Below the pieces are notes generated by a model. That model was not told where the DNA came from. It made no database searches and saw only the letters and a list, made by a program, of their open reading frames with translations. The translations under genes were made by a program, and so were the position numbers. From a bacterium (GTDB lineage Bacteria > Oederibacteriota > PGYV01 > Palsa-1178), in contig JBAXIL010000036.1 of the NCBI GenBank assembly GCA_037138355.1, forward strand, positions 1 through 18,294: a DNA stretch of 18,294 nucleotides, written 5' to 3'. The stretch's first letter is position 1; each line of letters begins with the position of its first letter. Below are positions 1 through 8,414 of this stretch, one piece after another.

Positions 1-35
1 AACCTACGCGAGACCTGTCGAATCCAGTCGCCCCC
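1..35 (-). ncRNA. ssrA: tmRNA, 5' end only (continues beyond the left edge of the window)
   Basis: Reverse complement from 35 reads GGGGGCGACTGGATTCGACAGG..., matching the conserved tmRNA 5' acceptor arm plus GGxTTCGAC motif. It lies directly downstream of smpB on the same strand. Confidence 0.93.
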
Positions 36-230
36 GAATTTTTTTACAAAAAATTAGAGATATTAGAAAGTAGAAAGGTGAGAGTAGATAAACAACATCT
101 CCTTCACAACTATTCTTACTAAACTAATTTCCCAGAATTTTTTAATAAAATTATCAGAGTGTTTGTACAGATAGGAACATCCCGTACAAACTCGTTTTAA
201 ACTCTCTCTATATTATGTCTAAGAACATTA

Positions 231-683
231 TTACATTTTGATATTATATCTACTTTCTTCTCTTTGTATATCTTTCTTTTTTATATCTTCACGCCTGTCG
301 TAGAACTTTTTACCTTTGGCAAGCGCTATCTCTACTTTTACTCTTCCGTCTTTGAAATACATTGAAAGCGGAATTATAGCAAGTCCTGTCCTTGCGGTCT
401 TTCCTGTTAACCTATTTAACTCGTTTCTATTCAAAAGTAATTTTCTATCTCTAAGTGGATCATGATTATTAATATTTCCATGACTATACGGACTGATATG
501 TGCATTCATAAGATACAGCTCATTTTTCATTACTCTGGCAAAAGCATCTTTTATATCTATGCGCCCGGCACGAATTGATTTTACTTCCGTTCCTAAAAGC
601 GCTATACCCGCTTCAAGCGTTTCTATAATTTCGTAGTCATATGTCGCTTTGCGATTTTTTAATATTAGCTTATTATCTTTCAT
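231..683 (-). CDS. smpB: SsrA-binding protein SmpB
   Basis: 150 aa with [34 protein letters not shown] and [12 protein letters not shown] motifs; adjacent to tmRNA. Confidence 0.99.
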   Translation of the reverse strand: MKDNKLILKNRKATYDYEIIETLEAGIALLGTEVKSIRAGRIDIKDAFARVMKNELYLMNAHISPYSHGNINNHDPLRDRKLLLNRNELNRLTGKTARTGLAIIPLSMYFKDGRVKVEIALAKGKKFYDRREDIKKKDIQREESRYNIKM

Positions 684-905
684 GGTTCACCACTATAAAT
701 TTTTGCTTTATTACCTGTATACCGGAAAAATCCTTCAATGATATGAAGGTCTCAAATGCTTCTCCGTTTCTTTTTATTAATACTGCTTTTGTAAACAAAA
801 TTATTCCTTTTCCAACCGTTTAAGTCGTCGGTTTTCAAGCGTGTTTTTTACTCCATAGATATATATCATATTTTTAGATTAAATGCTGGAAACATCACTA
901 AATAC

Positions 906-934
906 ATTATACTACAGCTTATTGAGGTTATCAA
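906..934 (-). promoter_or_regulatory. sigma70-type promoter upstream of smpB-ssrA
   Basis: Minus strand TTGATA (934-929), 17 bp spacer, TATAAT (911-906), in the xerC-smpB intergenic region. Confidence 0.65.
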
Positions 935-1063
935 ATATATATTTTGGTATGCTTTGTTCCTTATATATAATAAGGAAGAGAATATTATGGTTTTACTGCA
1001 GTTTGTCCGAATAGAAGCCCTTTTGTCTTGCCAAATGCAAGAAACATACTTAAACAAAAGCTA

Positions 1064-1948
1064 TTAAATATGGTCTTTCCTTGAATGAGGATGGGCTTTA
1101 TCATATTCTCTTTTGAGCTTATTTATCGATAAATGCGTATATATCTGGGTAGTGGATAAGTTTGCATGCCCTAAAAGTTCTTGAACTGAACGCAAATCAG
1201 CTCCCCTATCCAATAAATGAGTAGCAAAAGAATGCCTTAAAGTATGTGGAGTAACTTTTTTTTCTATCCCTGCTTTCACCGCATATTTTTTTATCATTAA
1301 TTCTATTCCTCGAGTGGTCAAGCGGCCTTTATTTTTATTGATAAATAAAGCACCTGTGGGAGATATTTTTTTTAGGGCTTTTATATATTTCCTCAATGCT
1401 GCTATTGCCTGTCCGCCTGTTGGGACTATGCGTTCTTTTGCCCCTTTACCAAAAACTTTTATCTCTTCATTGACGAAATCTACATCCGAAGTATCAAGTG
1501 TTGTCACTTCGTGTACCCTGATGCCAGTCGAATAAAGAAGTTCAAGTATAGTTTTATCTCTTAAAGCCAAAAAGTCCTTTTCACCTGTTGCGTCTAAAAG
1601 CGCTGCTGTTTCTTGTTCTGTCAATACACTTGGCAATTTTTTATCATCTTTAGGTGTGAGGATATAGACAAAAGGATTTTTGGGTGTTTTTTTCATTTTG
1701 ACCAGATATTTATAAAAATTTCTCACTGCGATTACTTTTCGGATTATAGAGGTCTTATCATATTTTTTCTTGCTTAAAAATTCCAAAAACTCCCTGATTT
1801 TATTTTCTTTAACTTCTATTTCTCCTGCAGTAAAGACAAGAAATTGTTTTATATCTCGAGAATAATTATCAACCGTATGTAAAGAATAATTTTTTTCTAA
1901 GGACAGATATTTAACATATGAGGCAAGCTCTTGCGAACCTTTATTCAT
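1064..1948 (-). CDS. xerC: Chromosomal tyrosine recombinase XerC (XerC/XerD family)
   Basis: 294 aa with intact catalytic residues: TGIR, GKGAKER, HTLRHSFATH, LLGHANLSTTQIYTH. Conserved dprA-topA-xerC synteny; 8 bp overlap with the topA end. Confidence 0.93.
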   Translation of the reverse strand: MNKGSQELASYVKYLSLEKNYSLHTVDNYSRDIKQFLVFTAGEIEVKENKIREFLEFLSKKKYDKTSIIRKVIAVRNFYKYLVKMKKTPKNPFVYILTPKDDKKLPSVLTEQETAALLDATGEKDFLALRDKTILELLYSTGIRVHEVTTLDTSDVDFVNEEIKVFGKGAKERIVPTGGQAIAALRKYIKALKKISPTGALFINKNKGRLTTRGIELMIKKYAVKAGIEKKVTPHTLRHSFATHLLDRGADLRSVQELLGHANLSTTQIYTHLSINKLKREYDKAHPHSRKDHI

Positions 1949-4343
1949 TTGTCTCCGGTTTTGTTTCTTCTACCGGTTTGTCCACTTTATAATCACACTT
2001 TTTGCAGTAAATCACACTTCCTGTTTTCTTCCATTTTTCAAGCAAAAATTCTGCTTCACAAACTGGACATTTTTTTGGAATAGGTTTATCCCAGGAAGTA
2101 AACTTACAGGTAGGATAATTTGAACAGCCATAAAACTTTCTATAGCGTTTGAAAGTTCTCTCTATGATATCTCCGGTCTTACAATCCGGACAACTTACTC
2201 CTACTTTTATAAGTATAGGTCTTGTGTATCTGCAATCAGGATATTTCGAACATGCTATAAAATCGCCATAAGGTCCGCGCTTGATAATCAGTGGTGCTCC
2301 ACAGGTTGGACAATTCTCATTTAATTGTACTTCTTCTTTTACTGCACCGTTTTCATCAAGCGGTTTAGCATTTTTACATTCTGGGTATTTTTCACAAGAC
2401 AAGAATTTTCCATGTCTGCCCCATTTTTTTATCATTTTAGCGCCACATTTTTCGCAAACGATACCAGTGTCGCCTTCTATTTCTTTTTTCATATCAAACA
2501 TGAAAGGTTCAGCGGCTTTTAAAAGTACTTCGAACTTTGTGTAGAATTCTTTTAAAAGATCCTGATACCTCAAATCTCCATCTTCTACTCTATCCAAATC
2601 CGCTTCCATTTTTGCTGTAAACTCCTCATTAATAACATCCGAAAAGTTTTTAAGTATTATTCCGCATACAAGCGTACCGAGTTCTGTAGGCGTGAACTTA
2701 CTTTTTTCCCTGGTTATATATCTGCGCGCTACAAGAGTAGATATGATAGGTGCATAAGTAGACGGTCTGCCAATATCTTTTTCTTCTAAGGCCTTAATAA
2801 GTGTGGCATCAGAAAAAGCTGGTGGTGGTTGTGTAAAGTGTTGTTCAGGAATCAATTCTTTAAGATCTAATTTTTCGCCTTGTACCACATCTGGTAGACG
2901 GCGCTCTTCTGCCTTATCTTCATCAACATTTGTAGCCGTATTATCTGCTGTTTTTTCAACATCTGTGGTTACTTCATATACCTTTAAAAAGCCGTCAAAA
3001 CGCTGTATGGAACCATTTGCCTGAAAAGTATATTCCCCTGCTGCTATTTTAACTCTGGTATCATCTGAAATAGAAGGTGACATTTGGGAAGCTACAAATC
3101 TCTTCCATATAAGTGCATATATTTTGAACTGGTCATTGTCAAGATTTTCTTTAATGTCAGCAGGTAAGCGCAAAACAGAAGATGGTCTTATAGCTTCATG
3201 TGCGTCTTGTGCTGATTTTTTTGACTTATATACATTAGGTGTTTCTGGCAGATATTCTTTGCCTATGCTATTTAATATATAATCTGCTGCTTCTTTTTGT
3301 GCTTCTTCACCGATTCTTAAAGAGTCAGTCCTCATATAAGTAATCAAACCTACCTGTCCTTCGCCTTTTATATCAAGTCCTTCATATAACTGCTGAGCAA
3401 TCATCATGGTTTTTTGTGCGGTAAAATGATGTTTGCGTGCCGCGTCTTGTTGCAAACTTGAAGTGATAAATGGGGGAAGTGGTTTTCTGCGTCTTTCCTT
3501 TTTTACTACTTCTGAAATTATGTATTCCGCTTTTTGTAATAGTTCTACAATGCCACGACTGTCAGTTTCATTTTTTAAATCAATTTTTTCATTATTTTTT
3601 TCTGTGAGCTTTGCATCTATTAACTGTTTAGTACCATTTTCAAGTATAGCCCTCACGGACCAGTACTCTACAGGATTAAACTTGTCTATCTCCGCTTGGC
3701 GCTCAACTATCAGTTTTAAAGCAACTGACTGAACTCTACCTGCCGAGAGACCTTTTCTTATAGCTTTCCAAAGCAGTGGACTGAGCTTATAACCTACCAA
3801 CCTGTCAAGAATTCTTCTTCCCTGCTGGGCATCAACCAAATTCATATTAATTTCGCGGGGATTTTCGAGCGCTTTTGTAACTGCAGTTTTTGTTATTTCG
3901 TTAAATAATACTCTGAATATTTTTTTATCTTTAAACTTCTTTACTTCTTCCGCGACATGCCAACCTATCGCTTCTCCTTCACGATCAGGGTCGGTAGCGA
4001 GGTATACTTCATCTACTGTCTTTATTTCTTTTTTTATTTCAGAAAGTATAAGTCTTTTGTCCTTTAACACAATATAATGCGGAGCAAAGTCATGTTCTAT
4101 ATCTATTCCTAATTTTGATTTTGGAAGGTCTTTTATGTGGCCTTTTGTAGCCATAACTTTATACTTAGACCCAAGATATTTTTTTATGGTTTTTACTTTA
4201 GTAGGTGACTCGACGAGTACTAACTTTCCACCTTTAATTTTTTTTGCTTTTGCTTTTCTAACTTTTTTAACTACAGGAGCTACCACTTCATTTTCTACTG
4301 GTGGTATTTCCTTCGGTATATTATTTTCATCATTTTCAGCCAA
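1941..4343 (-). CDS. topA: DNA topoisomerase I (type IA) with C-terminal zinc ribbons
   Basis: LVLVESPTKVKTI TOPRIM start, ATDPDREGEAI, SAGRVQS, active-site GLITYMRTDS, AQDAHEAIRP and GIGRPSTY-like motifs, and four Cys-rich Zn-ribbon units. TTG start preceded by GGAG (4351-4354). Confidence 0.99.
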   Translation of the reverse strand: MAENDENNIPKEIPPVENEVVAPVVKKVRKAKAKKIKGGKLVLVESPTKVKTIKKYLGSKYKVMATKGHIKDLPKSKLGIDIEHDFAPHYIVLKDKRLILSEIKKEIKTVDEVYLATDPDREGEAIGWHVAEEVKKFKDKKIFRVLFNEITKTAVTKALENPREINMNLVDAQQGRRILDRLVGYKLSPLLWKAIRKGLSAGRVQSVALKLIVERQAEIDKFNPVEYWSVRAILENGTKQLIDAKLTEKNNEKIDLKNETDSRGIVELLQKAEYIISEVVKKERRRKPLPPFITSSLQQDAARKHHFTAQKTMMIAQQLYEGLDIKGEGQVGLITYMRTDSLRIGEEAQKEAADYILNSIGKEYLPETPNVYKSKKSAQDAHEAIRPSSVLRLPADIKENLDNDQFKIYALIWKRFVASQMSPSISDDTRVKIAAGEYTFQANGSIQRFDGFLKVYEVTTDVEKTADNTATNVDEDKAEERRLPDVVQGEKLDLKELIPEQHFTQPPPAFSDATLIKALEEKDIGRPSTYAPIISTLVARRYITREKSKFTPTELGTLVCGIILKNFSDVINEEFTAKMEADLDRVEDGDLRYQDLLKEFYTKFEVLLKAAEPFMFDMKKEIEGDTGIVCEKCGAKMIKKWGRHGKFLSCEKYPECKNAKPLDENGAVKEEVQLNENCPTCGAPLIIKRGPYGDFIACSKYPDCRYTRPILIKVGVSCPDCKTGDIIERTFKRYRKFYGCSNYPTCKFTSWDKPIPKKCPVCEAEFLLEKWKKTGSVIYCKKCDYKVDKPVEETKPETNE

Positions 4344-4376
4344 GTGTAATCTCCAATCATAGGTTTGCTTTATACA

Positions 4377-5483
4377 TCAAGCTTTCCTTACAAAGGTTTT
4401 GCCTGACATTTGTGTTACTATGCCTTTCATTTCCAAAATAGTTAAAATAGAACTCAATTTAATAATCTCTATATTACTTTCAATTGAGATATTGTCAATA
4501 TGTTTTTTTTCAGAACTAAGCACATCATAAACTTTTTTCTCATTTTCATCTAACTTTAGTAAGCTAATTTCCTGCTGTACATTGCGTTCTTTTGGTTTTG
4601 CCAGCAATTCAAACTCTTCTGTGATATCGTATATGGACATTACTGATTTTGCACCTTGTTTTATTAGATTATTTGCCCCTATGGATTTGTCAGCAAATAT
4701 ATTTCCTGGGATAGCAAAGACTTCCCTGCCTTGTTCCAAAGCATAATCAGCCGTGATTAAAGCGCCACTGCGTTCACCTGCTTCTACTACCAGTACTCCA
4801 TCAGATAAACCTGAAATCACCCTGTTTCTGCGTGGAAAATTTTGTTTTAAGGGCAACATATCCAGCGGAAACTCCGACATAATAACTCCTGCTTTTATTA
4901 TATGTTGTGCTATGTAATGCTTTTCAAAAGGCCATATTTTATTGAGTCCAAAACCTAAAATAGCCGCCGTATATATATTTTCCTTAACTGACTCCATATG
5001 TGCGATACAATCTATACCCCGTGCCATTCCAGATACTACAGCAAACATTAATTTTGTCTGCTTCATTTCATTTAGTATTTTTTTTAGAGCTCGCTCGCCG
5101 TAGTCAGTTGCCATTCTGGTTCCGACTATTCCAATATTTAATGCATTAGCGGGCCACTTGTCATATAAACCCGCACAGTATAAAACTGGTGGAGGATCAT
5201 ATATATTTCTAATCTGCTGCGGATAATTTTCATCCAGTACAGTAATGATTTGTATATTTTTATCTGCGCATTCTTTTATTTCTTTTTCAACAGAATAAAA
5301 ATCATTGAAATAAGTTATATACCTGATTATTTCCGGACCGATACCTACGACTTGCGACAAATCCTGTGCTTTACCTTCAAACACCTTTTCAGGCGAACCA
5401 AACCTGCCGATTAATCTGTTTAGCTTTACAGAACCAATACCTGGCACCATATTTAATGCAATAATAGCGGACCTTGTATCCAT
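4377..5483 (-). CDS. dprA: DNA-processing protein DprA (Smf)
   Basis: IYDPPPVLY, IVGTR, VSGMARGID, FPRRNRVISGLS, VVEAGERSGALITA and QGREVFAIPG motifs plus a C-terminal winged-helix (LEMKG). RBS AGAGGGGGGA. Confidence 0.98.
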   Translation of the reverse strand: MDTRSAIIALNMVPGIGSVKLNRLIGRFGSPEKVFEGKAQDLSQVVGIGPEIIRYITYFNDFYSVEKEIKECADKNIQIITVLDENYPQQIRNIYDPPPVLYCAGLYDKWPANALNIGIVGTRMATDYGERALKKILNEMKQTKLMFAVVSGMARGIDCIAHMESVKENIYTAAILGFGLNKIWPFEKHYIAQHIIKAGVIMSEFPLDMLPLKQNFPRRNRVISGLSDGVLVVEAGERSGALITADYALEQGREVFAIPGNIFADKSIGANNLIKQGAKSVMSIYDITEEFELLAKPKERNVQQEISLLKLDENEKKVYDVLSSEKKHIDNISIESNIEIIKLSSILTILEMKGIVTQMSGKTFVRKA

Positions 5484-5517
5484 GTGTATCCCCCCTCTAT
5501 AGTGGTTTACCCGAAGT

Positions 5518-5546
5518 AATATATAGAAAAATGTTTTTTAAGTCAA
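5518..5546 (-). promoter_or_regulatory. sigma70-type promoter for dprA-topA-xerC
   Basis: Minus strand TTGACT (5546-5541), 17 bp, TATATT (5523-5518), ~35 bp upstream of the dprA ATG. Confidence 0.65.
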
Positions 5547-5593
5547 GCAAGAAAAATATATATTAATTAATTTTTTTGCCAATCTTTACTTAC

Positions 5594-5623
5594 TTGCCAA
5601 ATGACTTTATTATGGTGTATACT
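5594..5623 (+). promoter_or_regulatory. sigma70-type promoter for the CAP-domain gene
   Basis: TTGCCA (5594-5599), 18 bp, TATACT (5618-5623), followed by RBS AAGGAAGGTG and ATG at 5644. Confidence 0.5.
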
Positions 5624-5643
5624 TGTTTGAAAGGAAGGTGCCT

Positions 5644-6171
5644 ATGAAAAATCTTTTCATTGTTTTGTTTTCTTTTTTAATTTTCTTTCCCCTATTAAAT
5701 GCCAGTGAATTAACAGATACGCTTGAAATAAAAATTACTGCTCTTGTAAATGCCCAAAGAGTGTTACATGGGCTTCTACCTTTAAAGGAAAGTTTAGCGC
5801 TTGATAAAATAGCTCGTGCACATTCCTTAGATATGGCGACTCGGGATTTTACTGGACATGTAAACCCTGATGGGTTAGATCCTACAGCGAGAGCAAAAAA
5901 AGCTGGTTTTAAAGTCACTCACAAAAAAGGCAGTATCACTTACACGGGAGTTGGTGAGAATATTTTTCAAATGCAGTCCCTAAATAAATCAGATGGTGTA
6001 ATAACTCCATTTCTTGCCGACATAGATACCATAGCAAAACAGGCTGTAGTGGGTTGGATGAAAAGTCCAGGACATAGGAAAAATATTTTGAATCCTATAT
6101 ATACTACTGAGGGAATGGGTGTAGCAATTTCAGAAGATAAAAACATCAAAGTAACACAGTCTTTCTTTTAA
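5644..6171 (+). CDS. Secreted CAP (SCP/YkwD-like) domain protein
   Basis: ARAHSLDMA, GENI and WMKSPGHRKNIL motifs of bacterial CAP domains, with signal peptide MKNLFIVLFSFLIFFPLLNA. Start moved from TTG 5623 to ATG 5644 because the RBS is at 5631-5640. Confidence 0.92.
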   Translation: MKNLFIVLFSFLIFFPLLNASELTDTLEIKITALVNAQRVLHGLLPLKESLALDKIARAHSLDMATRDFTGHVNPDGLDPTARAKKAGFKVTHKKGSITYTGVGENIFQMQSLNKSDGVITPFLADIDTIAKQAVVGWMKSPGHRKNILNPIYTTEGMGVAISEDKNIKVTQSFF

Positions 6172-6195
6172 TCAATTCTAATCTTTTTACCACAT

Positions 6196-6238
6196 AAAAA
6201 GAAAACCGGAGGGCTAAGTTAAAGCCCTCCGGTTTTTT
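6196..6238. terminator. Bidirectional intrinsic terminator between the convergent CAP and csp genes
   Basis: Perfect 14 bp inverted repeat AAAACCGGAGGGCT / AGCCCTCCGGTTTT with a 7 nt loop, an A-tract on the left and a T-tract on the right. Confidence 0.92.
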
Positions 6239-6259
6239 ACATGTATTTTAAGTAATTAA

Positions 6260-6460
6260 TTAATTACCGAATACGTTTGATGCCTGCGGTCCTTTTGCGC
6301 CTTCAACAACATCAAAAGTTACTTCCTGTCCTTCTTTGAGAGTCTTGAAACCGTCTCCCTGAATCGCCTGAAAGTGTACAAATACATCTTTTCCGCCTTC
6401 TTGTTCGATAAAGCCGTAACCTTTCTTGTCATTGAACCATTTCACTTTTCCTTTTGCCAT
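6260..6460 (-). CDS. Cold-shock protein (CspA family), 66 aa
   Basis: [18 protein letters not shown] (RNP1) and DVFVHF (RNP2). True start is ATG 6460 with GGAGG at 6469-6473, not the longer ORF-track start. Confidence 0.98.
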   Translation of the reverse strand: MAKGKVKWFNDKKGYGFIEQEGGKDVFVHFQAIQGDGFKTLKEGQEVTFDVVEGAKGPQASNVFGN

Positions 6461-6516
6461 TACAAAAACCTCCAAAAAATTAAGAATCTTGTAGAACGAG
6501 TCTACAACGTATAGAA

Positions 6517-6545
6517 ATACTAACAAAAACAGGGAATAATGTCAA
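6517..6545 (-). promoter_or_regulatory. sigma70-type promoter of the csp gene
   Basis: TTGACA (6545-6540), 17 bp, TG-extended TAGTAT (6522-6517). Confidence 0.7.
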
Positions 6546-6677
6546 ACATTAAATTAGGAGAACTGAAAGTTTTAGGGCTTCTAAAAATCATTAAAAAGCC
6601 CAATATTATAACATTTTTATTCATTTGGGGCTATTTTGACAATTACAAAAGATACTTTATGGTATGAAATCAACAGA

Positions 6678-8399
6678 TTATATGTTTTTTTCCTGTTTAA
6701 CTGTTTCTATTATATAAGCAAGTACTTCTGCCTTATCCATAAGCTTAAAATCTTTATCTCGCCTCATTTTGATTTCTACTTTGCCGTCTTTGAAGTTTTT
6801 CTCCCCAACTACCACTCTCAAAGGAAATCCTATCAAATCTGAATCCTTAAATTTGACTCCTGGAGATATGTCGCGGTCATCCATTATTATATCTATACCT
6901 GCTTCTTTTAAGTTTTTGTATAATTCTTCCGCATATTTCATTCCTTCTTCATATTTGACATTGACCGGTATCACATTCACTTCATAAGGCGCAATTGCCA
7001 TAGGCCAGATAATTCCGTTTTCATCATTATTTTGTTCAATGGAAGCGGCGACCACTCGAGAAACTCCTATACCATAACAACCCATAACCATTTCTTTAGA
7101 CTTACCTGCTTCATCAAGGAAAGTAGCTTTCATAGCTTTAGAATATTTCGTTCCCAAGAAAAACACATGTCCCATTTCTATGCCTTTTTGTTCATTTAAA
7201 ATTCCACCACATTTTGCACAGGTATCGCCTTTGCCTGCTTTAGCAAAATCCGCAACCAAATTTTCCTGATAGTCCCTGCCGCGATTTACTCCTGTATAAT
7301 GATAATCATTTTCATTTCCACCAGTGACAGTATTTTTTAAAACAGCCGCTGTTTCATCTATAGCAAGTCTGATACTTTTTTCTCTTAAACCTATAGGTCC
7401 AGCAAAACCAACTGGTGCGCCTGTCTTTTCAAGTATCTCTTCAGGTGTAGCCAATCTTATTTCATTAGCACCAAGAGCATTTTTTAGTTTAACTTCATTT
7501 ATTTCTTTATCTCCCCTAATGACTGCTCCTGCCATTTTATTTCCATTTACTATATATAAAATTGTCTTTGCTGTTTCTTCAGGTTTTATTTTCAAAAACG
7601 CCGCAAGTTCTTCTACTGTTTTTATGTTTGGTGTATGAACTTTTACTAAAGGTGCTTCAGTCGTGTTTTGTTGTGCAGGTACTTTAGAAATTGCTTTTTC
7701 CATATTTGCCGCGTAATCACATTTTTCACAATATATTATAGTGTCTTCTCCTGTTTCAGCTAAGACCATAAATTCTGATGATAAGTTTCCACCTATAGCA
7801 CCAGAATCCGCTTCAACAGCTCTGAATTTAAAACCAATTCTTTTACATATTTTTACATAAGTTTCAAACATAAGAGCATAGCTTATCATAGCTCCGGCTT
7901 CATCACGGTCAAAGGAATAGGCGTCTTTCATCATAAACTCTCTTGAACGCATAACTCCAAAACGCGGCCTTATCTCGTCACGAAACTTTACTTGTATCTG
8001 ATATAAGTTCTGTGGAAGTTGTTTATATGAGTTTATTTCCCTGCGTACTAAATCAGTAATAACTTCTTCATGCGTTGGTCCAAGTGCAAATTCATTATTG
8101 TGTCTGTCTGTTATTCTCATAAGTTCTTTGCCATAAACATTCCAACGATTTGTTTCTTTCCATAGTTCAGAAGGTGATAATACTGGTAATAGAACTTCTT
8201 GTGCTCCTGCTTTATTCATTTCTTCTCTTATTATATTTGTGACTTTGGCTAAAGATTTAAACCCGAGTGGCATCCAATCATAAACGCCCGCTCCAAGTTT
8301 TTTTATCATTGCAGCACGCAACATAAGCTTATGTGCGACTGTTTCAGCTTCTTTAGGAGATTCTCTTAAAGTATTGATTAATGCACGACTCCACAACAT
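6678..8399 (-). CDS. proS: Proline--tRNA ligase (bacterial type with INS editing domain)
   Basis: 573 aa with LGPTHEE, KFRDEIRPRFGVMRSREFMMKDAYSF, an insertion domain (GAPVGFAGP), GIEMGHVFFLGTKYS, MGCYGIGVSR and a C-terminal anticodon-binding domain. Confidence 0.99.
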   Translation of the reverse strand: MLWSRALINTLRESPKEAETVAHKLMLRAAMIKKLGAGVYDWMPLGFKSLAKVTNIIREEMNKAGAQEVLLPVLSPSELWKETNRWNVYGKELMRITDRHNNEFALGPTHEEVITDLVRREINSYKQLPQNLYQIQVKFRDEIRPRFGVMRSREFMMKDAYSFDRDEAGAMISYALMFETYVKICKRIGFKFRAVEADSGAIGGNLSSEFMVLAETGEDTIIYCEKCDYAANMEKAISKVPAQQNTTEAPLVKVHTPNIKTVEELAAFLKIKPEETAKTILYIVNGNKMAGAVIRGDKEINEVKLKNALGANEIRLATPEEILEKTGAPVGFAGPIGLREKSIRLAIDETAAVLKNTVTGGNENDYHYTGVNRGRDYQENLVADFAKAGKGDTCAKCGGILNEQKGIEMGHVFFLGTKYSKAMKATFLDEAGKSKEMVMGCYGIGVSRVVAASIEQNNDENGIIWPMAIAPYEVNVIPVNVKYEEGMKYAEELYKNLKEAGIDIIMDDRDISPGVKFKDSDLIGFPLRVVVGEKNFKDGKVEIKMRRDKDFKLMDKAEVLAYIIETVKQEKNI

Positions 8400-8414
8400 A
8401 GTGGTTCTCCTTTA

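Noticed and set aside
196..223. dif-like sequence (TATATTATGTCTAAG) near xerC
   Set aside because: Only part of a XerD-like arm matches, and there is no XerC arm or dyad symmetry. A similar partial match at ~895-915 is better explained as a -10 box.
866..1057. 63 aa minus-strand ORF after xerC
   Set aside because: No RBS, no recognisable motif, and it spans the predicted smpB promoter.
1064..1948. Tyrosine recombinase as a phage or island integrase targeting tmRNA
   Set aside because: Length, motifs and dprA-topA synteny indicate XerC. It lies on the 5' side of ssrA and lacks an arm-binding N-terminal domain.
1027..5603. 11 bp direct repeat CTTGCCAAATG (1027-1037 and 5593-5603) flanking xerC-topA-dprA, suggesting att sites
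   Set aside because: An 11 bp match is plausible by chance in AT-rich DNA, the enclosed genes are core housekeeping genes, and the recombinase is a typical chromosomal XerC.
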